A DNA stretch of 64,000 bases, taken from a virus. Location of the stretch: IMG/VR virus record IMGVR_UViG_3300037475_000032, positions 1-64,000 of that record. One strand, given 5' to 3'. Every line of letters begins with the position of its first letter. The stretch's first letter is position 1. Below the pieces are notes generated by a model. That model ran no database searches, was not told the origin of the DNA, and was given only the letters and a program-made list of their open reading frames with translations. The position numbers and the translations under genes were made by a program. This document shows positions 55,762 to 64,000 of this stretch, in pieces.

Positions 55762-56065
55762 TCTCTCTGACCTCGATCCTCAGGTTTCCTTCCGCCATCA
55801 TGGAGTCGATGTCGGGGGCGCAGGTAGCCATCTTACGAGCCCATAGCTGGAACTCTTTTGACTTCGCCATGCGGACGAACGCATTGCGCTTGTTGAGCCC
55901 CTGCGTACGCTCCTCACGGCTTTCACCCCTTGCGCCGCTAGGCTCATGGATGATCCTGACCGCTGTATCTCGCTTGTTCTGGTTCTGACCGCCCGGACCT
56001 CCGGCACGAAACGTTTGCACGATGCAGTCCTTGATCGTGACGGTCGAGATCTTCTCGCGCATCAC
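55730..56065 (-). CDS. RF-1-domain (GGQ) peptidyl-tRNA hydrolase, ArfB-like
   Basis: FRAGGPGGQNQNKRDTAVRIIHEPSG...ERTQGLNK. Confidence 0.9.
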   Translation of the reverse strand: MMREKISTVTIKDCIVQTFRAGGPGGQNQNKRDTAVRIIHEPSGARGESREERTQGLNKRNAFVRMAKSKEFQLWARKMATCAPDIDSMMAEGNLRIEVRENGRWTEISPS

Positions 56066-56844
56066 TCCACTATATCAGCGTCGTCGGGTGCCTCTTCGGC
56101 TTCGATAGGAGGCGGTAGCTGCAAGCCCTCCTCGACGGCGAACTCGACATCATCCATCTGACGCAGACGCCTAACTTCGTTGACGATCTTCTGGTTCGTT
56201 TCATCGTCGCAGACGTTCTTGACGGCTCGGATGAAGATGCGAAGTGAAGTCTCGGCCTCATCGCCCTTGACCTGCGACGAGTTGGATTCCATCTCGTTGA
56301 CGAGCTTTATCATCTGGATGAGATCACGGACCTCAGCCGTGACCACGCCGTTGATGACATCCTCGTACGTCTTGCCGATGAGTACCTTCAATACCCCTCG
56401 GCTTGTCAACGCCCCCTGAACCCCTTCGCGGTAGTTCTGTTTGATGAGATCGGCCTCTTCCTCAAGCTGAGCACGCACAACGGCGTCATCAATCGCCATG
56501 TGCTTCTTCGAATGGTTGGAGATGGAGCGTCGGTCGATCTTCTCGCCGTTGGCATCCGGTGGGATGGACTCAGCTAGGGCCGAGAGGGAAACCATTCCCT
56601 TCACTAGCTGGCGCTCGATGTAGACGCGATACTCGCTTGTACATACCTTGCAGCGTGGCTCCGTAATCATCGGCGGAGCAAGCGCCTTCTCCCTCATGGC
56701 GATCTCGAAGCGATCCTCGTCCTGCCATGACTTCTGGAGATCCTTGCCGGTGGTTTTATCCAACACCTCACGGCGCTTCTTGCGCTCGATGTCGCTGACT
56801 CCTACCTCTCCATCGGTGTCTACGTCGCGTTCTAGATCGGGCAT
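56062..56844 (-). CDS. Zn/HTH protein, possible terminase small subunit
   Basis: PRCKVC...SISNHSKKHM followed by a helical region; function inferred only. Confidence 0.45.
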   Translation of the reverse strand: MPDLERDVDTDGEVGVSDIERKKRREVLDKTTGKDLQKSWQDEDRFEIAMREKALAPPMITEPRCKVCTSEYRVYIERQLVKGMVSLSALAESIPPDANGEKIDRRSISNHSKKHMAIDDAVVRAQLEEEADLIKQNYREGVQGALTSRGVLKVLIGKTYEDVINGVVTAEVRDLIQMIKLVNEMESNSSQVKGDEAETSLRIFIRAVKNVCDDETNQKIVNEVRRLRQMDDVEFAVEEGLQLPPPIEAEEAPDDADIVE

Positions 56845-57030
56845 TTAGGCGAAGGGTCCTAGTAGTGACGGGTGCGTGGCAGTTCTTGATGCGAGAGCGT
56901 GCGTCTCTTCAATGCGCTTGTAGATGTCCAAGATGGCATCGACAATCGGAGCTAGACCCTCCGGGTAGCCTTCGTCTCGGTACTGTTCGAGATTCTGACG
57001 TGGCGGTAGCTTACTCGTCATCGTCCTCAA
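56845..57030 (-). CDS. Small hypothetical protein
   Basis: Tiles the operon. Confidence 0.5.
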   Translation of the reverse strand: MRTMTSKLPPRQNLEQYRDEGYPEGLAPIVDAILDIYKRIEETHALASRTATHPSLLGPFA

Positions 57031-57391
57031 TGACTCCGTGTAGATAGCCCTCTTCCCAAAGCTCGATCCACTCGGGCGGCTGCGGGAACCACTCAGGGGC
57101 GTTACCGTCCCATGCGCCGCTGCGCTGAGCTAGCTCCACACTCACGTAGCCAAGGGCAACAATACCCCTGTCGTGCTCGTCCTTGACCGCCTGACGGAGC
57201 TTGTCGGCCTCTTGCCTTGCTCCAGCGTCACGGCCGGTCTCGATGGCGTTGGCGAACCAGCCAACCAGGAAGTCGAGATCCCACTTCTGATCCTCGCCTA
57301 GCGTTACCACCTTGGCGAATTCCTGAGCCCACACCGTAGCATCGGTGTTGCCCTCTAGTCTGACTGATATTCCCTGATGCTCTGCTGACAT
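57011..57391 (-). CDS. Conserved phage hypothetical protein
   Basis: DATVWAQEF...GWFANAIETGRD motif. Confidence 0.65.
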   Translation of the reverse strand: MSAEHQGISVRLEGNTDATVWAQEFAKVVTLGEDQKWDLDFLVGWFANAIETGRDAGARQEADKLRQAVKDEHDRGIVALGYVSVELAQRSGAWDGNAPEWFPQPPEWIELWEEGYLHGVIEDDDE

Positions 57392-57465
57392 TCGTCTGTC
57401 CTTTCGTGCGTCACTTATGACGCCTTAACCCCGATTTGGGGCCATAAAGCGTCAAAACTGGTGCC

Positions 57466-58017
57466 TTAGCGGTAGAAGCTGGCCCCGTTCTTGACCCTCT
57501 GTCCCTTGGTGTTCACCTTGCGTCCATCCGGGTGCGTGCGGTTGTACATGCCGGTTGTGGGTCGGCCGAAGCGGTCGTTCGTGAACGCTGGATCGGGAGT
57601 CCCGGCTTCCACATAGATCTCACGACGCTGGCGATTGTAGAGGTGGCTCTGGAATAGGATCGGGTTAACCCCTCGGATGTCACGGCGGGGTCCCTCTCCC
57701 TTGTACCAGCGATGGCCCTTCTCACACCTTAGCTCCGGGAAGTCGAGGTAGAGTTGATTCTCTTCCTCATCCAGAAGCGGATTGCCGTCGTTGTCGAACT
57801 GAGCCACGGACTCAACATGCCCGGTCTCGTCCCCATAGGGAAGGCTGTCAGGATCGTTTTCCTTGCACTCACGGCATAGCTCTCGATTGGCGTCTGACCT
57901 CAAAAGCTGATCGGCAAACTCCTCCAACTCAAGCGCAGTGTATTTCTGGCCTGGGACGAACTCGGGGGCTTCGTCCTCGAATCCCTCATCGGGAATGTCC
58001 TCATCCTCAAGACTCAT
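57466..58017 (-). CDS. Zn-binding hypothetical protein
   Basis: CREC...CEKGHRW. Confidence 0.65.
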   Translation of the reverse strand: MSLEDEDIPDEGFEDEAPEFVPGQKYTALELEEFADQLLRSDANRELCRECKENDPDSLPYGDETGHVESVAQFDNDGNPLLDEEENQLYLDFPELRCEKGHRWYKGEGPRRDIRGVNPILFQSHLYNRQRREIYVEAGTPDPAFTNDRFGRPTTGMYNRTHPDGRKVNTKGQRVKNGASFYR

Positions 58018-58423
58018 CTTCTACCTCGGCGAAGTACCTCTTTGCAAGCTGGATGCAACCAGCCTCGACGTACTGACCAACACTCACGGTGGTAATCCCC
58101 ATGATCTTGGCTACGTCCTTCTGCTTCATGTCCAGGATCACATTGTAGAAAATGGCCTCGCGCTTACGCGGCGCTAGCTCTTTCAGTCCAGTGTGCAAAT
58201 CCCAGAACGAGATTGCGATTGTCTGCTTTGTGCGTTCTCCCTTATCGTTCTCGACCCAGTAGCTATGCTCTAGGACGTGCTTACGACCGTCTGCTCCTGC
58301 CTGCGATAGCCCATAACCACCAACAAGCTCGCGGAACTCCGTGTAGTGCCTAAGTACCTCTCGTAGTATGCGATGTGGAGGGACGATCCCTGATTGTTTG
58401 TTCTTCTTGACAGCGGTTGTCAT
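58007..58423 (-). CDS. sigma70 region-4-like HTH protein
   Basis: LAPRKREAI...MKQKDVAKIMGITTVSV; extended -10 TGcTATACT upstream of ATG 58423. Confidence 0.75.
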   Translation of the reverse strand: MTTAVKKNKQSGIVPPHRILREVLRHYTEFRELVGGYGLSQAGADGRKHVLEHSYWVENDKGERTKQTIAISFWDLHTGLKELAPRKREAIFYNVILDMKQKDVAKIMGITTVSVGQYVEAGCIQLAKRYFAEVEDES

Positions 58424-58449
58424 ACCTGCTACGCAGTATAGCACTGCTT

Positions 58450-58962
58450 TCACTTGTTACTGTGACCCAAGTACCAAAGGCCGATTGCGAGGGCGTCGGT
58501 CTCCTCAAAGACCTTGACCCACTCAGATACCCTCGACTTGAGTTGAGGTAACAGCGAGATGACGCCGTTGCGAACTTGCTGCTTCGTGATCTTCTTGCCT
58601 CGTCCTCGAATGGCAATCTCGGATTGCACCGAACGAGCCATTACCTGTGAGACCGGGATGCCCCTCTGGATGGCTATGGCGTGCAGCGTCGTTGCCTGCA
58701 CATTCGCCAAGTAGCCCTGCTCCGGGATATTGAAGCCACGAGAGGGCACAACCTCAGTGACAACATGCTCCGGCCTCCACCAATCAAGAAGCTCCTGGCT
58801 TTCCTGAACCCAGAACCTAGCCAAATCTAGGCGGTACTCTTGAAACCCTACGGTGTCTCCTCGTGGGAAGTGAATCACGCCTGAGGCTAGGTACTTGGGT
58901 CCTGTCTCCAGAACCGCCCACCCCGCTCGCTTTGCTCCTGAGTCGATACTTAGCACCCTCAC
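58450..58962 (-). CDS. ruvC: RuvC-like Holliday junction resolvase
   Basis: MRVLSIDSG...GWAVL, VVTE, TKQQV, ETDALAIG. Confidence 0.85.
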   Translation of the reverse strand: MRVLSIDSGAKRAGWAVLETGPKYLASGVIHFPRGDTVGFQEYRLDLARFWVQESQELLDWWRPEHVVTEVVPSRGFNIPEQGYLANVQATTLHAIAIQRGIPVSQVMARSVQSEIAIRGRGKKITKQQVRNGVISLLPQLKSRVSEWVKVFEETDALAIGLWYLGHSNK

Positions 58963-58979
58963 ACCTATTACGACCCCGT

Positions 58980-59798
58980 TTAAACAGGCAAAGGAAAGTG
59001 TTCATCGTCATCCTTTGTGATCTCGATGTCATGGTCAAGGCACTCGGAGATGAATTCCCACTTGCCGTAGATGGCGTCGATGAGTGCCTGATCGCGTTCG
59101 TACTCGAACTCCTTGAAGTCATGCGGGGCGTCCTTGTTGATGGCGACGATAAGTCCATGCTCCAGATCGAAGAAGTCCATGTACATATTGATCTGGCACT
59201 TGTACTTGTCTGCCGCCCACGGAGGAACGTCCGGGAGCTTGTATTGCGCCGATGCCATGGTCTTGAAGTCCACGACACCTTCCCAGCCGCCCGGTAGCTT
59301 GCACGGGGCTATGTCACCTGATCCGGTAGCCCAGTGGTAGGGCTTGGGGAAGCGGAAGCCATCTCCTGAGCCGCCGAAGTAGTAGGTATTGGGGATTCCC
59401 CATTCCTTCTTGCCCCTACGCTCGATGTCGTTGGGTCCGGCGAACCCAAGCTCCACGGAGAGGTGTTGGAGTAGCTGATGCCAGTAGTGACCCACCATGA
59501 ACGCCTTGCGGGTTTCAGCTTTGATGGCTTCGGGCTTGGCGTCAACGTGATCCTCGAACTGGCTCCCCTGACTGTCCCTCACCTCCCACTCCTGCGTCAG
59601 CATCTTCGCCTCGGCGAACAATGCACTGACAGGGGGCATACAGTGACCGCTCGGGTGCCAACCTGAGTCGGCGATCTTCGGCTCGTACCTGAACTCCCAT
59701 GGAGCGTCGAAGGTCGTCAGGGCCTTATCCAGGAAGGGCACTAGCTTGTAGCGCTTCCCCAGGTTCTTCACGAGCTTGGACTTGTCTAGCTTCTGCAT
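58980..59798 (-). CDS. Cas4-like / PD-(D/E)xK exonuclease
   Basis: HPSGHC, GHYWH, GSGD, VVDFKT, QINMYM. Confidence 0.8.
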   Translation of the reverse strand: MQKLDKSKLVKNLGKRYKLVPFLDKALTTFDAPWEFRYEPKIADSGWHPSGHCMPPVSALFAEAKMLTQEWEVRDSQGSQFEDHVDAKPEAIKAETRKAFMVGHYWHQLLQHLSVELGFAGPNDIERRGKKEWGIPNTYYFGGSGDGFRFPKPYHWATGSGDIAPCKLPGGWEGVVDFKTMASAQYKLPDVPPWAADKYKCQINMYMDFFDLEHGLIVAINKDAPHDFKEFEYERDQALIDAIYGKWEFISECLDHDIEITKDDDEHFPLPV

Positions 59799-60136
59799 GA
59801 GTCGTCATCGACCCTACGCACTACTAGGTCGATCCATCCTTCCCTGTTAGCGAGTATGCTATCCGGTTCGTAGTAGCGTAGCGCAAGCGCCGGATGTCTA
59901 CTCTCTTCGTATGCCTCCTCCGCGATCTTCTCCATCTGTTGAACGAAGATCGGGAGTTTGCTTGGCCTCGTGGGTCCCCCCGTTACCTTGCACTCAAACA
60001 GAGTATCGTCGCAACGGACATCCCCGGCATCGTTGTCGGCTGCTCCTGACGAAGCGGACCTCTTACCCCCGTAGGTGGCGGCGATGAAGTCCTCTTGTCT
60101 GACAGAGAGATCCTTTGTGCTACCTCTCTTCGCCAT
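59786..60136 (-). CDS. Hjc-like resolvase / PD-(D/E)xK endonuclease
   Basis: QEDFIA...GG...SSGA...GDVR...LFECK. Confidence 0.75.
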   Translation of the reverse strand: MAKRGSTKDLSVRQEDFIAATYGGKRSASSGAADNDAGDVRCDDTLFECKVTGGPTRPSKLPIFVQQMEKIAEEAYEESRHPALALRYYEPDSILANREGWIDLVVRRVDDDSCRS

Positions 60137-60356
60137 CACGTTCACCCCACCAATCCGAGAACTCGCCGGGATAGAGGCCGTGAAGGATGTGTTGCTTGAC
60201 AAAGGATTGCAGCACATGAACGGCCTCGGCTAGCTCCTGATTGTTGTAAATGAGAGTCCTCCCTGTCTCAAATCCATCCTCGAAGTTCTCGATGTCCTTA
60301 ATGGCATCCATCGCATCGATAATGCGCTCCCAGGCATATCTCTCACCATCGTTCAT
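60120..60356 (-). CDS. Small hypothetical protein
   Basis: ELAEAVHVLQSFV pattern; start trimmed to MNDGER. Confidence 0.55.
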   Translation of the reverse strand: MNDGERYAWERIIDAMDAIKDIENFEDGFETGRTLIYNNQELAEAVHVLQSFVKQHILHGLYPGEFSDWWGERDGEER

Positions 60357-60384
60357 TGCGCCAATGCGAATTTGATGGCTATAA

Positions 60385-61527
60385 CTACTCGTCTCCATCG
60401 TCATCCTTGTCATCGACTTCGGGCTCAGCCGTTACCTCGGCATCTAGAACCTCTTCGTTCTTCTCGGCGGCCTCAAGCTCGTTTTCCACCATACGAGCTA
60501 GCACCTCTTGGCGCAACACCTCTGCGCCCTCTGGATGCTCGGACAAGTACTGCTCCAAGGCGTTCTTACCCTGTAGCTTGCCTCCGGGGAAGCTCGGGTG
60601 CTTGAGCCATGCGCCGCTACCTTCAATGACGCCCGCTACCTTGGCTACACGGATGATGTCGGCGGCCTTGTCGATGCCGAACCCGTACTCCTCGGTCTCG
60701 ATGTGGAAGAAGTCGAAGCGAGCGGAGGTGTTAACCGCCTGTGCCATCTTGTTCTTGATGAAGGAGGCAACAAGTTCCCTCCCGACCATGACGGGTTTGT
60801 CCTCGCCCGCGATCTTTGCCATGTAGCGCTGCTTCCCAGGCTTCAACTGAATCCTGATCTGGCAGTCGTGCTTGAGGGCTTCGCCTCCGGGTGACTCCAT
60901 GGGCGTACCCTGCCCAGGCTTCACACGAATCTTCGTGTTGTGACGTTGCTGGTTGATGAGCATGAGCCCTTGGTTATTCTTGTACAGCCTCGGCATCACG
61001 ACGTTAAGTCCGGTGGTGATGACACCTGAGGCACCGAACGCCTTCTTCTTGCCGCCCTCCTCGGTCTCCGATTCACTCGCAAGAGCACCAATGGAGTCAA
61101 ACAAGATGTAGTCCACCAATCCCCCGTACACGAGATCATGAAGCATCTCGAACGCCTCCTCGGCGTTATCCGGGTGATTGATGAGCAGAAGGTCGGGATC
61201 GAGCCCATGGAGCCTCTGAGCCCATTCTGCGTCGAAGTGAGGCTCGACCGCGATGATGGCCGGGAGCTTGCCCTGCTTCTGCACATTGGCTAGCACAGAG
61301 TAGCCTATGGCGCTAGTCTTCCCTAGCCCATTGGACCCGAATACCTCCACGGCGAATCCGTAGGGGAAGCCTCCGATACCCAGGCGGTAGTCAAGTGTGA
61401 GGGAGCCTGAGGGGACAACGTTGAAGTTGTACCTCTCGTTCCCGATGCGGGCAGCCTTGTCGCCGAACTTTTTGTTCGTGTCGTTGCGCGCCGCTTCTAG
61501 CTTCTTCTTAGTCGCCGTCTTGTTCAT
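60385..61527 (-). CDS. recA: RecA-like recombinase
   Basis: SGSLTLD..LGIGGFP.G, VEVFG...LGKTS, FDSIGAL, LINQ.R, PGGEALKH, IKNK. Confidence 0.93.
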   Translation of the reverse strand: MNKTATKKKLEAARNDTNKKFGDKAARIGNERYNFNVVPSGSLTLDYRLGIGGFPYGFAVEVFGSNGLGKTSAIGYSVLANVQKQGKLPAIIAVEPHFDAEWAQRLHGLDPDLLLINHPDNAEEAFEMLHDLVYGGLVDYILFDSIGALASESETEEGGKKKAFGASGVITTGLNVVMPRLYKNNQGLMLINQQRHNTKIRVKPGQGTPMESPGGEALKHDCQIRIQLKPGKQRYMAKIAGEDKPVMVGRELVASFIKNKMAQAVNTSARFDFFHIETEEYGFGIDKAADIIRVAKVAGVIEGSGAWLKHPSFPGGKLQGKNALEQYLSEHPEGAEVLRQEVLARMVENELEAAEKNEEVLDAEVTAEPEVDDKDDDGDE

Positions 61528-61690
61528 TCTGCTTTTCCTCTAGCCATCGGAAGTACTCCTCTTCCTGTTGTTTCGCGTACTCACGCTCCAAGTGCTCGTG
61601 ATACATGCGTTCCTCATACGCTTCCTGCTCCATCTGAGCCTCTATCCAGGCGTCATCATTGGGGTAGGGATCTTGGGGCCAAGTGCTCAT
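61508..61690 (-). CDS. Small acidic hypothetical protein
   Basis: Tiles between dnaE and recA. Confidence 0.5.
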   Translation of the reverse strand: MSTWPQDPYPNDDAWIEAQMEQEAYEERMYHEHLEREYAKQQEEEYFRWLEEKQNEQDGD

Positions 61691-64000
61691 GTCAGTAGGT
61701 GTCCTGATCGGAAGTGATAACCCTCGTTGCGTTTGTCGTTGGGGGCAGTGTGCCTAACGGTGAAAATGCCCATCTGCCTCGGCTTGAACAGGAACTTACT
61801 CTTCTTCCAGTTGTCGGAGAAGACCGCAAACGTCAACTCGTCGCCGTCGTACTCGATGGTAACAATCCCCATCGCCGCACCGCTTGAGCGGACCTTCGTT
61901 GGTCGTATATCAGTGATGATACCAGGTAGCGTGTACTCCAAGTACCTCTTTCCAGGCGGGGTCTCCTCACCACTGTCATCTACCCAATCGTACAGTTCCT
62001 CAGCCTCAGCCCACGACATGCACGCCTCTTGGTAACCATCGCACGCCTCGATCTCATCGAGGTTGTTGGCGATTACTTCTTCCGAGTTGTCAGTAAGGAT
62101 CACACTGAGGAACTTCTCCTCAAGTTCCTGCTTTTCTCTCAGCGACACCTCACGCTCCTCAAGGCCATCCCAGGCTCCGGCTTCGTAGATGGCGACGATC
62201 TTATTGGAGGTGATCTGCTGCTTAGGTGACTTCCAATCGCTGGGGAAAGGATCGCCGTCCTTGAGGCGCTGCTTCTTCTCCTTGAGGGCGTAGTCGTTGT
62301 CGTGCTCAAGCTGAGCAACCATCGTGTCCGGCGATGAGATGTCGTACTCAAGCTCGTCACGGAGATACAAGAGGTAGTCTCCCGCCGAGCCTACTCCACT
62401 CACGTCACCGAAGCCGAAATACACATCCTCGTCCACCTTGGAGATGCGACCCTTCGAGTAACGAATGTCGGGAGGGAGAATACTGATCTTCTTGCGCCTC
62501 GCCTCCTTGATGTACTGGGGCATCAACTCCTTGCGCTTCTGGCTCTCGATGGTACGGATACACGCGATGTAGAACTCGGACATCCCGTAGTACTTGGCAA
62601 AGAGGCAGCGGAAGGCGATGATCCCGTAGGCAATAGAGTGGGACTTGTTGAAGGAGTAGGAGGCGAACCCTTCGATGCCTTTCCAGACCTCCGTAGCGAT
62701 CTCCTTGGAGAAGCCCTTGGACATCGCCACCTCAAGGAAGCCCTTCTTGTCCCAGTCCTTGAAGCCCTCGAAGATTTCACTCAGCTTCTCCGGCTGCTTC
62801 TTTCCGAGAATCTTCCTCACGGCGTCAGCGTCACCAAGGGAGTATCCAAGCTCCCACATGAAGCGGATGATCTGCTCCTGGTACACGAACAAGCCGTAGG
62901 TGGGCTTCAAGATTTCTTCGAGCATCGGGTGTGGGTACACCACGGGCTCTCGACCCTCTCGACGGGCCACGTACTTGTTTGGGATGCCGTCTCGCAGCGG
63001 CCCTGGTCGATTGAGGGCCACAAGGATTCCAAGATCCTCGACTGAGCGTGGCTTTAGCTTCTCCGTCAGTATCTTGCCGCTAGGCGTCTCGATCTGGAAG
63101 ATACCGGCTACGAAGCCTTCTTCCAGTAGGTCCCACATCTCGTCCGGGTACTCCTCGCGGTCTAGTCCGCTCCAGTCGAAGTCGATGCCTTGTTCACGCA
63201 TCTGGTCTTCCCACTCCGAGAGTGTGTCGAGGGTACGGAGTCCCAGGACATCGAGCTTGAGCAGCTTGAGGATGTCGATGGTCTTCATGGGGAACAGCGT
63301 GGCCGGGATGCCTTCCGCCTTGCCTCCACGGAGGTAGGCGGGAGCGTAGTCGTCCAGGTCGATGTCGGAGACCACGATGCCCGATGGATGGATGCCGTAG
63401 TTGGAGTTACGAGAACAGGCGTGTTCACACATCTCGATGAACTTGCGTCGCTTCTCGTTGTTGCCGACCCACTCGTCAATCTCGTCACCAACACAGTCCT
63501 TCACGAAGATGACCTTGGGCTTCCCATCCGAGTTGTACTTCTCGATCTCAGGGTCCCATCCGATCTGATCGGTTCCGTGAATGGAGATGTCCTTGGTCTT
63601 CCCCACGATGTTCTTGATTTCCCTCTCTTCCTCAAAGGATATCCCGCATGAGATCGACAGTTTCTCGATGGTGGCGATGGGCTTCATGCGCGTGATCGTG
63701 CCGATGGAGCACACACGCTTCTCACCCCAGCGGTCGATCAAGTACTGACGGATGTCGGGTCTCTTCGAGCGGGCGAAGTCGGAATCGATATCAGGGAACC
63801 CGTCCGTTCGTCCCTTGTTCCAGAATCGCTCAAAGAACAGGTCGTAGTACAACGGGTCTACGTCCGTAATACCGAGCGCGTAGGCGACGATACATCCGGC
63901 TGACGATCCACGTCCTGGACCACGGGCGATGTTTTCAGCGTCACAAAACCTCACCACATCCCAGGCCATAAGGAAGTAGTGCTCCAAGCCATCCTCAAGC
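61687..64000 (-). CDS. dnaE: DNA polymerase III alpha subunit, 5' end beyond the window
   Basis: GPGRGSSAG, FERF, PDIDSDF, HPSG, KLDVLGL, GIFQ, RPGP, YQEQI, YSFNKSHS. Confidence 0.96.
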   Translation of the reverse strand, partial: LEDGLEHYFLMAWDVVRFCDAENIARGPGRGSSAGCIVAYALGITDVDPLYYDLFFERFWNKGRTDGFPDIDSDFARSKRPDIRQYLIDRWGEKRVCSIGTITRMKPIATIEKLSISCGISFEEEREIKNIVGKTKDISIHGTDQIGWDPEIEKYNSDGKPKVIFVKDCVGDEIDEWVGNNEKRRKFIEMCEHACSRNSNYGIHPSGIVVSDIDLDDYAPAYLRGGKAEGIPATLFPMKTIDILKLLKLDVLGLRTLDTLSEWEDQMREQGIDFDWSGLDREEYPDEMWDLLEEGFVAGIFQIETPSGKILTEKLKPRSVEDLGILVALNRPGPLRDGIPNKYVARREGREPVVYPHPMLEEILKPTYGLFVYQEQIIRFMWELGYSLGDADAVRKILGKKQPEKLSEIFEGFKDWDKKGFLEVAMSKGFSKEIATEVWKGIEGFASYSFNKSHSIAYGIIAFRCLFAKYYGMSEFYIACIRTIESQKRKELMPQYIKEARRKKISILPPDIRYSKGRISKVDEDVYFGFGDVSGVGSAGDYLLYLRDELEYDISSPDTMVAQLEHDNDYALKEKKQRLKDGDPFPSDWKSPKQQITSNKIVAIYEAGAWDGLEEREVSLREKQELEEKFLSVILTDNSEEVIANNLDEIEACDGYQEACMSWAEAEELYDWVDDSGEETPPGKRYLEYTLPGIITDIRPTKVRSSGAAMGIVTIEYDGDELTFAVFSDNWKKSKFLFKPRQMGIFTVRHTAPNDKRNEGYHFRSGHLLT

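Noticed and set aside
57392-57465. Intergenic hairpin as a tRNA or ncRNA
   Set aside because: Only an imperfect stem (TGACGC...GCGTCA); no cloverleaf or T-loop consensus.
58980-59798. Cas4-like gene as evidence of a CRISPR system
   Set aside because: No repeat-spacer array or other cas genes; solo Cas4-like nucleases are routine in phage recombination blocks.
38851-60736. GTTAAC palindromes as a second enriched motif
   Set aside because: About six seen, no more than expected from composition, with variable flanks.
1-64000. Genome-wide TAG recoding, suggested by frequent CTAG/TAG and the in-frame TAG at 48432
   Set aside because: Long conserved genes (DnaE, RecA, MCP, sheath, baseplate J) are uninterrupted in the standard code, and TAG ends many genes at sensible positions.
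61687-64000. Intein or intron in DnaE, RecA or the helicases
   Set aside because: Motifs are collinear at normal spacing, with no splice-junction residues or homing endonuclease insert in the visible parts.

Overview
The window is a 64-kb piece of a large, roughly 60% GC contractile-tailed phage (myovirus). Its major capsid protein, protease/scaffold, tail and baseplate order and replication block resemble Bxz1/Cluster-C-type actinophages; this is recognised from memory, not from a search. Layout: minus-strand accessory/early genes (1-7.3 kb); plus-strand head genes (7.3-18 kb); two minus-strand accessory blocks (18-21 kb and 23.5-28.4 kb); plus-strand neck, tail and baseplate genes (28.4-53.8 kb); and a converging minus-strand replication block (SNF2 helicase, GGQ release-factor domain, sigma-region-4 HTH, RuvC, Cas4-like nuclease, resolvase, RecA, 5'-truncated DnaE). 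I recognised no portal, large terminase, integrase, tRNA, CRISPR array or reverse transcriptase. Main observations: (1) eight copies of the palindrome GTTTAAAC in a genome that seems to avoid several 6-bp palindromes; (2) two promoter classes feeding mostly leaderless mRNAs, a sigma70 type with AC(A/T)TAGG repeats and a late STAA(T) type; (3) a 1,318-aa head-region protein that looks like a polyprotein with [RKH]-x-A cut sites; (4) a tail protein split by nested insertions at an in-frame TAG; (5) a -1 frameshift at G-GAT-TTA in the tail chaperone; (6) an antisense membrane-protein moron before the tape measure; (7) an Rpf-like transglycosylase, a secreted metalloprotease and a catalytically degenerate PncA-like protein. 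All counts were made by eye.
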